Origin: an uncultured Acidobacteriota bacterium
Lineage (GTDB): Bacteria > Acidobacteriota > Blastocatellia > RBC074
Direction: 5' to 3'
NCBI GenBank assembly: GCA_963796275.1
Contig: CAWCKY010000006.1
Span: 1,632,001 to 1,696,000 of the forward strand
DNA: 64,000 nucleotides
Part shown: positions 50,892 through 59,742 of the stretch, piece by piece
How positions within the stretch are numbered: the first letter of the stretch is position 1
How the letters are laid out: each line of letters starts with the position of its first letter
The notes under the pieces: model-generated
What the model was told of the DNA's origin: nothing
What the model saw: only the letters and a program-made list of their open reading frames with translations
Databases searched by the model: none
Made by a program: the position numbers and the translations under genes

Positions 50892-51729
50892 CTACTTAAT
50901 CCAGGCAAAGCCGCCGTCAGGTTCATACCATCCAACTTTCAAACCCGCATCGGACCGCTCTGCCAGATAATCGATAGCTTGTTCCCTTCCCATCGCCAGC
51001 AGCGCGGTGGAAAGAATCTCCGCATCGGTAGCGTTCGCCGCCAGCACCACGCAGGCGGCATCGCCTAACAACGGGTCTCCGGTCAGCGGATTGATCACAT
51101 CCGATTGTTGCTGGCCAGGGTGTCGCACGGCGGAACAGGATAATCCTCGATCTGCCAATTTCAGTTGCGCCACGGGCTCTCCCAAAGACAGCAGCGGGTG
51201 GCGAACTGCTACCGGCCATCCATCTGCGCCGTGAGGTGATCCAACCGCCAGTACAGAACTCGTTCCGGCATGCAGCAATCCGCAGGTCACACCGAATCGC
51301 AGCATGACTTCACGAGCGCGATCGAGCGCATATCCCTTACCGATACCGCCCAGGTCAATCAACACGTCAGGTCCGCTGAACCGCACTGTGCAGAATTCGG
51401 AATCGAATTGCAGCGCGGGGGCCTCTCCTTGGTGAGAAGCTGCAACATCGAAATATCCGGCAGTCAATCGGCGCGCCTCTTCACAATTCTCCAGCAGTCC
51501 GAATACCTCGCGATCGACGCGGACCGGCCGCCCCGCCGCCCCTCTGTTGATGCGGGCGATCTCACCGCGCGGGTCGAATCGAGATAGCACGCAGTCAAGT
51601 CTGCGTATCTCCTCCACCACATCGACAGCCACTGCTTCCAGGTGCTCACGGTCATGCCTGCCCCTGCCCCGTGAGGAAGAACTCGAAGCGCGTGCCCATG
51701 GCGAGAAAGTGTTGTTGAAAGTGAGTCAT
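50892..51729 (-). CDS. apbE: FAD:protein FMN transferase (ApbE); apparent frameshift near 51660
   Basis: MTHFQQHFLAMGTRF from 51729. After the GGGGCAGGGGCAGG tract the frame continues LSRF...EIARIN, DLGGIGKGYALD, INPLTG, AEILSTAL. Confidence 0.85.
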
Positions 51730-51895
51730 CGCTCAAATCAGATCGCGCAAGATCGGGATGTTTATCTCACGCAGAGCCGTAAAGACGCAAAAGAGATGAA
51801 GAGAAAAGGGGGGAGAGATCGACTTATTCACATCTTTTCTCTTATCTATTTTCCTTTGCGTTTGGCTATGTGCGAGATTTCCCATCTGCCAAACG

Positions 51896-54800
51896 CTAGA
51901 ACGTTATTTTTAATCCGAACTGCATCTGGCGCGGATCGCGCGCGTTGAGAATGCGTCCGAATGAAACAGTGGTATTGCATTGGTTGCGAAAGACCGTCGT
52001 GTCCTTGCCGTCAAGTTTCACCAATCTCGATCTGCCCAAACAGTGATCGCCGTAAGTGACCGGTTTATTGCGGGTGACGGTCGCCACGCCCGCCGAGGTC
52101 ACGGTGACCGGCAATCCCTCGCTCGTTACCTCACCGGCGTTATTGCCGAAAGTTGCGTTGGGCGCGATCAGATTGGTGTGGTTGAGGAAATTGAACGCCT
52201 CAACGCGGAACTGAATTTTGATTTTTTCCGTTATCGAAAAATTCTTGAAAATGGAGAGATCGGAGATGAACGCGCCTGGATTGCGGATGCCCGAGAGCGA
52301 ACGCGAAACGTTGCCGTAGGTGTAATCCGGCGGATTGAGAAATGTCGAGGGATCGAACCAGAGCACGCCCAGGTCGTCCGTCGGATTGGTGAGCAGCGCA
52401 TCATTGAACCCATCCGGCACGCGCTGCGGTGAACTCGGCAGGTTCGGCCTGTTCGCCAAGCCATTGGTCGCCCCCCGCACCACGAGCGGTGTTCCTGATA
52501 CGACGGTCGTGACGGTATTGAGCTGCCAATTTCCCACTACTGTATTCAGCAGGGTGTTCTTAAAATCCAACGCCCGGTTGCCGCCGATCGGGAGCTCCCA
52601 CAGACCGCTGAATACAAGCCGGTGCGCCACGTTTGACGGGTCTTCAGCGCGTTCAGCACGCCTGTTGTATCGGCCGTTCTGATAACCGAATTCGCCCGCG
52701 CCTTCCGTCGTAATGAAATTGAGTGGGTTGCTGACGCTGTCGCTGATCAACTTGCCGAATGTATACGAGGCGAGGAAGGCGAAACCTTTTGAGAACCGTT
52801 TCTCGCCGCTCAGCAGCAGCGCGTGATAGATCGAATTGCCCAGCCGCGGATTGCGCACAGTGATATCGCCGATATACGGATATGAGCGCAGCGACTGCGC
52901 GCGCGTGATGGTCGCGCCGCCGAACTGCCCCGGGACTTTCCCGGCATACGGGTTCGGAACCGTCTCGTTCAATCTTCCCTGCAGTCCGAACTGCGCGATG
53001 AGCGCCGGATCGGCCTGATTGAGGTCGTAGCTGCCGGCGAACAGATGCGTACCGTGGTTCCCCGAGTAGCTCGCTTCCACCAGAATCCCGAGCGGCAGTT
53101 GCTGTTGGATCGAGAGGTTCCATTGCTGCGACATCGGAGTCGAGCCCTCAGCTTCTTGATGGTTCGCGCCTGAAGTGGCGAACAGGTTGGGCCCCAGCAG
53201 CGAGCCCTGCGGTTGATTGGGTGCGAACGGGAACCCGTCTTTCAATTTGAAGGCGGAGAAGAATTCATTGCCGTTCGGAGGATTGTAGCTGGTACTCGTC
53301 GAAGCGAAGCCGTTCGTGCTGCCGTAGATGTTGTTGTAAAACGCCCACACCGCCGGGTAGAAGATGCTGTAACCGCCACGCAAGACCGTTTGCTGATTGC
53401 CGAAGAGATCGATCGCGAAGCCGATGCGCGGCGAGAAATCGTCTTTGTCTTCCTTTATCGCAGTGCGCCCGTAATCGAGACAGGCGTATTCGGTGAGTCC
53501 GGGTAACCCGTTGATCGGGTTCGTCGCGAACGGATCGAAGTTCGACGTCCCGCATCGCCGTTCGTAAGGCATTTGCTGATAGTCGAACCGCATACCCAGG
53601 TTGAGCGTCAATCGCCGCGTCGCTTTCCAATCGTCCTGAAAGAAGAAGCTGTAAGACTTGCCCACTTCCGACTCGCCGAGATGCGTCGTCACCGATGCCC
53701 TTCCCACCTCGCCGAGCAGGAAGGTCGCGAATTGATTGCCCGTGTTGGCGGCGCCTCCCGGCGTCTGCGCGGCATTGGTGGTCAGTGGCAACAGGAATTC
53801 GAAGTTGCCCGATGGCGATCCTTTTTGCAGATTGTTCGCCTGGATCAGCCGCAGCTCGGCGCCGAATTTGAAAGAATGATTGCCTCTCAACAACATAATC
53901 GAATCGAACAATTGCCAGACTGTTCCGCCGCGGACGCCTACCACTCCCGAGTTGAAAGCAGGCAGCCCGTTGTTGATCAGCGGAAACGTGTCCGGCGGAA
54001 CGATCGGGGGCAGCCCGAGCTGGCCGGGCCAGTCCTGATCGGCGCTCGCCACCTTGAATTCAAATCTCTGGCGCGCGACCCCGAAGCGGATTGTGTGAAT
54101 AAAGCCGGGTGTGAAGCTGTGAATGTTTTCCAGCACGATGTTATGCCCGCGAAATGGATCGTTGCGCAACCTGACGGTCGGATCCGGATAGAGATTGGTC
54201 AGGCCCATATCGGTGAACTGGCGGTAGAAGGTATAACGAGCCAGGAAGCTGTTCCGCTCGCTTAAACGATGATCCACGCGCGAAGTGTATTGGTTCAGGT
54301 TGCGCTTGTTCGAAACTGCGCCGAAATAGTTATTGAGGTTGCTGAACGGGTTGTCGGGAGCACGGTTCGGCAGCGGATAGAAACGCAGGATGTTTCTCGC
54401 CACCTGATCGATGCGACCTTCGGGGATAATGTTTCCCGGAAACGGATCGCGCAGGAACTGCTGGTTTGCACCGGTCACCGGTCTCGTCGAATCGTAATTC
54501 GGGTTCGGGCGCGTCGTGTCCGGGTTATAGATCGTGATCGGCGTTCCCTGGTCATTACGGAGCTGGGAAAAATCGCCGCGCCGGAATGCCTCCGTCGGCA
54601 TCGTGTAGAAGCCCGATGTGCTGGTAATGAAGCGATACCCTTCGTAATTGAAGAAGAAGAAGCTGCGGTCGCGCCCATCGAAGCCCAGCGGCCCGAAGAC
54701 ATTTGGGGGGAGACGAATGGGTCCGCCGATCGCGCCGCCGAATTGGTGGTAGCGCAGTGGCTGCTTGGGACGGCCGGCGCGATTGTTCGACCATACGTTG

Positions 54801-55630
54801 GCATCGAGCGCGTCATTGCGGAAGAATTCGTAAAGAGCGCCGTGATACAGGTTCGTCCCAGATTTGGTTACCAGGTTGACCACGCCGCCGAGCGTGAATC
54901 CGAATTCCGCGGACATCGTATTCGTCATCACCTTAAACTCCTGAACGGCATCGACGGTCGGGTTGACGTTCACGTCCGGCAGATATGCGTTGACGCTGCT
55001 CAGTCCGTCCACGATGAAGTTGTTGGTGGCGATCGGACTCCCGTTGATCCGGATGGACGAGACCTCGGTGCCCCGATCCGCGAAACCCGTCGCGCGCGGG
55101 CCGACGGCGGATTGAACCGAAGGAGCCAGCATAACGAGCGCGAGCGCATTGCGGCCATTGACCGGCAATTCCTGCACACGCCGGTTTTCGATCACCTTAC
55201 CAAGCGTCGCCGTCGCGGTATCGATGAGCGGCGCCTCTGCCGTCACCTCGACGCTTTCGTTCACGGCGCCAGGCTCGAGCGAAATATTTATTTCGGCTTT
55301 TTGATCGACTTCGATCACGATGCCGCTGTGGACGGCCTTCTTGAATCCATCTTTTGCTATGGTGACCGAGTAGGCGCCGACAATCAGGTTGGGGACGATA
55401 TAAAAACCCTCCGCCCCAGTGACCGCGGTGAATACCAGGTTGGTGTCGATGTTTGTGATCGTTACCTGCGCGCCCGCAATGCTGGCGCCGCCGGCATCGA
55501 TCACCGTCCCCTGGATCGTGCCGCGCCCCTGCTGGGCAAAGGTGGTAAATGTTATGAGCGCCAGGATTGAGATGGTCAAAACGACTATCCTTATTGATGC
55601 CGGCCTATTATGGGGAATGAGGGAGTACAT
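51896..55630 (-). CDS. TonB-dependent receptor (Oar-like)
   Basis: IQGTVID, ELPVNGRN, QDDWKATRRLTLNLG, PRQMQFGLKITF. Confidence 0.93.
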   Translation of the reverse strand: MYSLIPHNRPASIRIVVLTISILALITFTTFAQQGRGTIQGTVIDAGGASIAGAQVTITNIDTNLVFTAVTGAEGFYIVPNLIVGAYSVTIAKDGFKKAVHSGIVIEVDQKAEINISLEPGAVNESVEVTAEAPLIDTATATLGKVIENRRVQELPVNGRNALALVMLAPSVQSAVGPRATGFADRGTEVSSIRINGSPIATNNFIVDGLSSVNAYLPDVNVNPTVDAVQEFKVMTNTMSAEFGFTLGGVVNLVTKSGTNLYHGALYEFFRNDALDANVWSNNRAGRPKQPLRYHQFGGAIGGPIRLPPNVFGPLGFDGRDRSFFFFNYEGYRFITSTSGFYTMPTEAFRRGDFSQLRNDQGTPITIYNPDTTRPNPNYDSTRPVTGANQQFLRDPFPGNIIPEGRIDQVARNILRFYPLPNRAPDNPFSNLNNYFGAVSNKRNLNQYTSRVDHRLSERNSFLARYTFYRQFTDMGLTNLYPDPTVRLRNDPFRGHNIVLENIHSFTPGFIHTIRFGVARQRFEFKVASADQDWPGQLGLPPIVPPDTFPLINNGLPAFNSGVVGVRGGTVWQLFDSIMLLRGNHSFKFGAELRLIQANNLQKGSPSGNFEFLLPLTTNAAQTPGGAANTGNQFATFLLGEVGRASVTTHLGESEVGKSYSFFFQDDWKATRRLTLNLGMRFDYQQMPYERRCGTSNFDPFATNPINGLPGLTEYACLDYGRTAIKEDKDDFSPRIGFAIDLFGNQQTVLRGGYSIFYPAVWAFYNNIYGSTNGFASTSTSYNPPNGNEFFSAFKLKDGFPFAPNQPQGSLLGPNLFATSGANHQEAEGSTPMSQQWNLSIQQQLPLGILVEASYSGNHGTHLFAGSYDLNQADPALIAQFGLQGRLNETVPNPYAGKVPGQFGGATITRAQSLRSYPYIGDITVRNPRLGNSIYHALLLSGEKRFSKGFAFLASYTFGKLISDSVSNPLNFITTEGAGEFGYQNGRYNRRAERAEDPSNVAHRLVFSGLWELPIGGNRALDFKNTLLNTVVGNWQLNTVTTVVSGTPLVVRGATNGLANRPNLPSSPQRVPDGFNDALLTNPTDDLGVLWFDPSTFLNPPDYTYGNVSRSLSGIRNPGAFISDLSIFKNFSITEKIKIQFRVEAFNFLNHTNLIAPNATFGNNAGEVTSEGLPVTVTSAGVATVTRNKPVTYGDHCLGRSRLVKLDGKDTTVFRNQCNTTVSFGRILNARDPRQMQFGLKITF

Positions 55631-55744
55631 ATGAAATTCCTTTTAAAGCTGCTCAATTGTTTGAATAAGTGATTGGAAGAAGAGTGAGAATTGTCGCGTC
55701 CGGTTAAAGCTCCAATGGAGCGCAAGAATAAGATGCATTTTCTT

Positions 55745-55893
55745 CGTCGCGTATAGACGGCGTGACGGTAGCCGTGGGTTTCAACCATGTTAACCCCTTG
55801 TCATCAAACTTTTAGGTTTTGGGTATGGACATGGCCACACGCGCTACGCGTTGCTTCACCCTGACTATTATATTTTTCGCCCCTTCAGGGCTC
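55745..55893. repeat. REP-like palindromic element
   Basis: CGTCGCGTATAGACGG, GTAGCCGTGGGTTTCAACC, CGCCCTTCAGGGC. Confidence 0.6.
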
Positions 55894-55924
55894 ATTTGTG
55901 CGGTGTAGTTAATTGTTCCTGTAG

Positions 55925-56602
55925 TTATCCCTGCCCGATCGACCTTTCGACATCTTCCAGCAGGGAAGCGCCGCCGCGTTTGATGTGTTCGCCTATGGCG
56001 CGCGTCACGGCAACAGCGTCGCGCTTCTCGATCGCCCGGATGATCGCGTTATGCTCGCGCTGCTCCTGGGAGAGTCTTTTGACCCAGTTCTCCGAGCGGT
56101 AGTGAATTCCCGCCACCTGAATCGGAACGCGCAGCCGGTGATACATCTCGATCAACTTCCGATTGCCGGAAAGCTCGACAATCAGGCCGTGGAATTCGAA
56201 ATTCAACGCCAGATGCTGCCCCGCATCGTCCGTCTTCTCCATCTCAGCCATCAAAGTGCGCAATCGCTCGATGTCCATTTTCGCGGCCCGCGCTGCCGCC
56301 AACTCGCCGGCCAGCATCTCGAGCGCGCGACGCACCTCGAATGTCTCCGCCAGTTCGCGCGGATCGACGCGGCTGACAAATGTGCCGCGCTGCGCCTGGA
56401 CGTCGAGCAGACCGTCGGACGCGAGCCGCCCGATAGCCTCTTTGACAGGCATTTTCGATACCTTCAACCGTTCGACCAGTTCTCCCAAATCGAGGCGGTC
56501 TCCCGGAGCAAATCGCCCGGTCAGTATCTCGCCCCGCAGATAATCGTAAATCTGATCGCTCAAGGTGGCCCGATTGATGACGAAGTCGCTCGTTTTTGCC
56601 AT
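55925..56602 (-). CDS. GntR-family regulator with FCD domain
   Basis: VSKMPVKEAIGRLASDGLL HTH, FEVRRALE, NFEFHGLIVELSGN, EHNAIIRAI. Confidence 0.93.
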   Translation of the reverse strand: MAKTSDFVINRATLSDQIYDYLRGEILTGRFAPGDRLDLGELVERLKVSKMPVKEAIGRLASDGLLDVQAQRGTFVSRVDPRELAETFEVRRALEMLAGELAAARAAKMDIERLRTLMAEMEKTDDAGQHLALNFEFHGLIVELSGNRKLIEMYHRLRVPIQVAGIHYRSENWVKRLSQEQREHNAIIRAIEKRDAVAVTRAIGEHIKRGGASLLEDVERSIGQG

Positions 56603-56922
56603 ATCAGGATATTACTCGCCGAATGAGACTAACATGTTATTTATAGATATGTGAGTAACTAAAATATCAGATGCCGATATGCTATCAGAGCGGAGGGCGG
56701 CCAGCAAGGGATTCGAGATAAAACATCATTCGCCGATGATGCGGAGAATGCTGAGCCGGCGCGGAGGGTGACCGCCCCCTGATCAAGCCTTGGATTATGG
56801 GCGACGAGAATTTATGATGAGGCACATCCCCCGGAACGTATTAAAAACCGATCGACAAACGCGCCTGGCGCGAGTCGATTGGCCGAACCGACCGAACCGA
56901 CCAAATTCTTCGAGCATAGAGT

Positions 56923-58362
56923 ATGTACAAAAGAATCATCCTAACTTCGGCAATGCTGCTTCTGATGCTTCCGCCCGACGCAACCGGCACCCAGACGGGG
57001 CAGCCGGGGCAGACAGGGCAGCTGGCGCAGAAGCGTATCAACGTGCTGATGATCTCAGCCGATGATCTCAACAACGACCTCGGCTGTTACGGACATCCGC
57101 TGGTCAAATCGCCCAACATCGACCGGCTCGCCCGGCGCGGCGTGCGCTTCGATCGCGCTTATAATCAGTTTCCATTGTGCAGTCCGAGCCGCTCATCGTT
57201 GATGACGGGGCGGCTACCCGATGCGACGCGCGTCTATGATCTGGTCAAGCATTTTCGTGAGACGCTGCCCGATGTCGTCACGATGTCGCAGCTCTTCCAG
57301 CGCAACGGCTACTTCGCGGCGCGCGTCGGCAAGATATATCACTACGGCAACCCCGGGCAGATCGGCACTCCCGGCCTCGACGACCCGCCGTCGTGGGAGG
57401 TCGCCGTCAACCCGAAGGGCGTGGACAAGGAAGAAGAGAAAGTGCTGACCAACCACACCCCGCAGCGCGGCCTGGGCAGCTCGCTCTCGTTCTACGCCTC
57501 ACCTGCGCCCGATGAAGAGCACACTGACGGGAAAGTGGCGGCCGAGACGATCAAGCTGCTCGAGGCGAACAGAGATAAGCCGTTCTTCATCGCCGCGGGG
57601 TTCTATCGTCCGCATTGCCCATACATAGCGCCGAAAAAATATTTCGACCTATACCCGTTGGAGAAGATCGCCGCCTCGCCGTTCTCCCCCGAGGAATTGG
57701 CCGATATGCCGCCGGCGGCTCTTTGGATGAGTGAGCCGCATTTCGGCGTGAGCGAACGACAACAACGCGAGGCGATCCAGGCCTATTACGCCTCGATCAG
57801 TTTTCTCGACGCCAACGTGGGCCGCCTGCTTGATGCGCTCGACCGTCTCAAGCTGGCGGACAATACGTTGGTGGTATTCTGGAGCGATCACGGCTACCTG
57901 CTCGGCCAGCACGGGCAGTGGATGAAGCAGAGTCTGTTCGAAGGCTCGGCGCGCGCGCCGTTGATATTTGCCGGACCGTCATCAACGCGGGGCAAATCGT
58001 CCTCGCGCACAGTCGAGTTCGTCGATATTTACCCTACACTCGCCGATCTGTGTGGCCTGGCGGGTGCGCCGAAGGACCTGGCTGGGCGCAGCCTGCGGCC
58101 GCTGCTAAGTAACCCGCGCGCAGCTTGGGACCGACCCGCTCTCACGCAAGTGCGGCGCGGAGGGGCGGGGAATCAGTTTATGGGTTACAGCGTGCGCGAC
58201 GAGCGCTGGCGTTATACTGAGTGGGACGAAGGGCGCCGCGGTGCGGAACTGTACGACGAAGCGAACGATCCGCGCGAGCTGCGCAATCTCGCCGGCGATC
58301 CTGGTCATGCGAAGGTGATAGCGCGAATGAAGCGGCTGCTGCAGGAGGCGAAGACGCGGTAG
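56923..58362 (+). CDS. Exported formylglycine-dependent sulfatase (iduronate-2-sulfatase-like)
   Basis: Signal peptide, ISADDL, CSPSR, VGKIYH, GFYRPH, WSDHG. Confidence 0.92.
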   Translation: MYKRIILTSAMLLLMLPPDATGTQTGQPGQTGQLAQKRINVLMISADDLNNDLGCYGHPLVKSPNIDRLARRGVRFDRAYNQFPLCSPSRSSLMTGRLPDATRVYDLVKHFRETLPDVVTMSQLFQRNGYFAARVGKIYHYGNPGQIGTPGLDDPPSWEVAVNPKGVDKEEEKVLTNHTPQRGLGSSLSFYASPAPDEEHTDGKVAAETIKLLEANRDKPFFIAAGFYRPHCPYIAPKKYFDLYPLEKIAASPFSPEELADMPPAALWMSEPHFGVSERQQREAIQAYYASISFLDANVGRLLDALDRLKLADNTLVVFWSDHGYLLGQHGQWMKQSLFEGSARAPLIFAGPSSTRGKSSSRTVEFVDIYPTLADLCGLAGAPKDLAGRSLRPLLSNPRAAWDRPALTQVRRGGAGNQFMGYSVRDERWRYTEWDEGRRGAELYDEANDPRELRNLAGDPGHAKVIARMKRLLQEAKTR

Positions 58363-58402
58363 ATCGAGTCACAGGCGGAGCCCTACAGGGTCGCTGATCC
58401 TA

Positions 58403-59563
58403 TTAAACCAGCTTACGGAGGAGAGCAAATAACTTTTCGATATCGCTTTCATCATTGTAAAGATGCGGTGCGATGCGAATAGCGTCTCCGCGAATGCTGA
58501 CAAATACCTTGTCCGCCGCCAGGCGCTCGCCGAGTCCTTCCGGGATTCCGTTTGGCAACCTCACTCCGATCATATGATCGACGCGCTCATTCGCGGGCAG
58601 CGATGCGCAACCCAGATTCGCTGCTTCTCTAGCGATTATGCCGGTCAATACCGAAAGCGTTTGCCTGATGTTTTCGATCTTCCATTCGAGAACCTGTTGC
58701 AGCGCGGCAATCGCCATCGGTACCAAAACGAAATTGGGGAACTCTCCCATATCGAACCGGCGCGCGCCCGCTCTGTACTCATCCCTGTACGCGACCAGTC
58801 CGGAGAAATTCTCGCTTTCGGCGCGGGACAACCAGGAGTATTCAATCGGCTTGCCATTCTCCTGCCACCTGGGTGCCGCATATAAATAGCCGAGCGCATA
58901 CGGGCCCAGCAGCCACTTATAACCGACTGAGACGAGAAAATCGGGCCGGATTTTCTCGATATCCAGCGGGTATGCGCCTAAAGACTGGCTGGCATCGACG
59001 ACGAGCGATGCGCCGACCGACCGCGCCTTTTCGCTGACTTTCTCAAGGTCGATCAGACTTCCATCCGTCCAATGGCAGTTCGGAACTGAGACGACAGCAA
59101 CTCTATCATCGATCGCATCGATGATAGACTGCGTCCATCTACCGTCACTCCCTCTTTTGACAGATCGAATGTCGGCATCGCGCTGTCGCGCCAGCTCTCT
59201 CCAGGCGTAATAATTTGACGGGTACTCTTCGTGTAGGAGAACAATAAATTGTCCACGCTCGACCTTAACGTTTGCGGCGGCGATGGAGATGCCGTAACTG
59301 GCGGCTGGGATAAGCGCGATCGAATCGTGGTTTGTGCCGATAACCCTCGCGGCCAACCCTCGCAGCGTCTCAGAGCCTGAGAACCAATCGCCAGATGTGA
59401 TTTTCCATGGAGTCGATTTCGCCGCGACGGAATTGAAGCCGGCAGCAGAAACTGAGCGCAATTGCGGCGACATGTTCGCGCAATTTAGGTAAGTTATTTC
59501 GTCTGGTATCTCAAACAAGTGTCGCTGTAAGGGAAGACCCCTGACAGCAGATTCATGGGACAT
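58403..59563 (-). CDS. Class V PLP-dependent aminotransferase family protein
   Basis: YLNCA, VVDASQSLG, GYKWLLGP (PLP lysine), IRIAPHLYN. Confidence 0.9.
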   Translation of the reverse strand: MSHESAVRGLPLQRHLFEIPDEITYLNCANMSPQLRSVSAAGFNSVAAKSTPWKITSGDWFSGSETLRGLAARVIGTNHDSIALIPAASYGISIAAANVKVERGQFIVLLHEEYPSNYYAWRELARQRDADIRSVKRGSDGRWTQSIIDAIDDRVAVVSVPNCHWTDGSLIDLEKVSEKARSVGASLVVDASQSLGAYPLDIEKIRPDFLVSVGYKWLLGPYALGYLYAAPRWQENGKPIEYSWLSRAESENFSGLVAYRDEYRAGARRFDMGEFPNFVLVPMAIAALQQVLEWKIENIRQTLSVLTGIIAREAANLGCASLPANERVDHMIGVRLPNGIPEGLGERLAADKVFVSIRGDAIRIAPHLYNDESDIEKLFALLRKLV

Positions 59564-59742
59564 TTAAACCTCTCTCAAAAACTTAAGATTGACCATCGGC
59601 ATCTAGATTAAAACAAGCAATTTGAGGACACAAACATTGCCACAGAGACGCGGAGAGATAAGCAGACAAGGAGACTCTGCTCAATAGGGTTCTCTATTTA
59701 TCGTCTAGTCGCCTAGTCTGCCTATCTGTATAGCCGTGAGTC

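Noticed and set aside
50780-50935. 52-aa N-terminal extension of the Gfo/Idh/MocA ORF
   Set aside because: It is read-through of apbE and an intergenic palindrome. The Tat signal starts at 50779.
8682-51729. Calling the frameshifted genes pseudogenes or programmed frameshifts
   Set aside because: Each has a single indel, intact motifs on both sides and no slippery heptamer. Sequencing error is more parsimonious, though unproven without reads.
54269-55570. Long antisense ORFs (also 2885..3733, 32135..33184, 38408..39175 and others)
   Set aside because: They are shadows of well-supported genes on the opposite strand in GC-rich DNA, with no motifs of their own.
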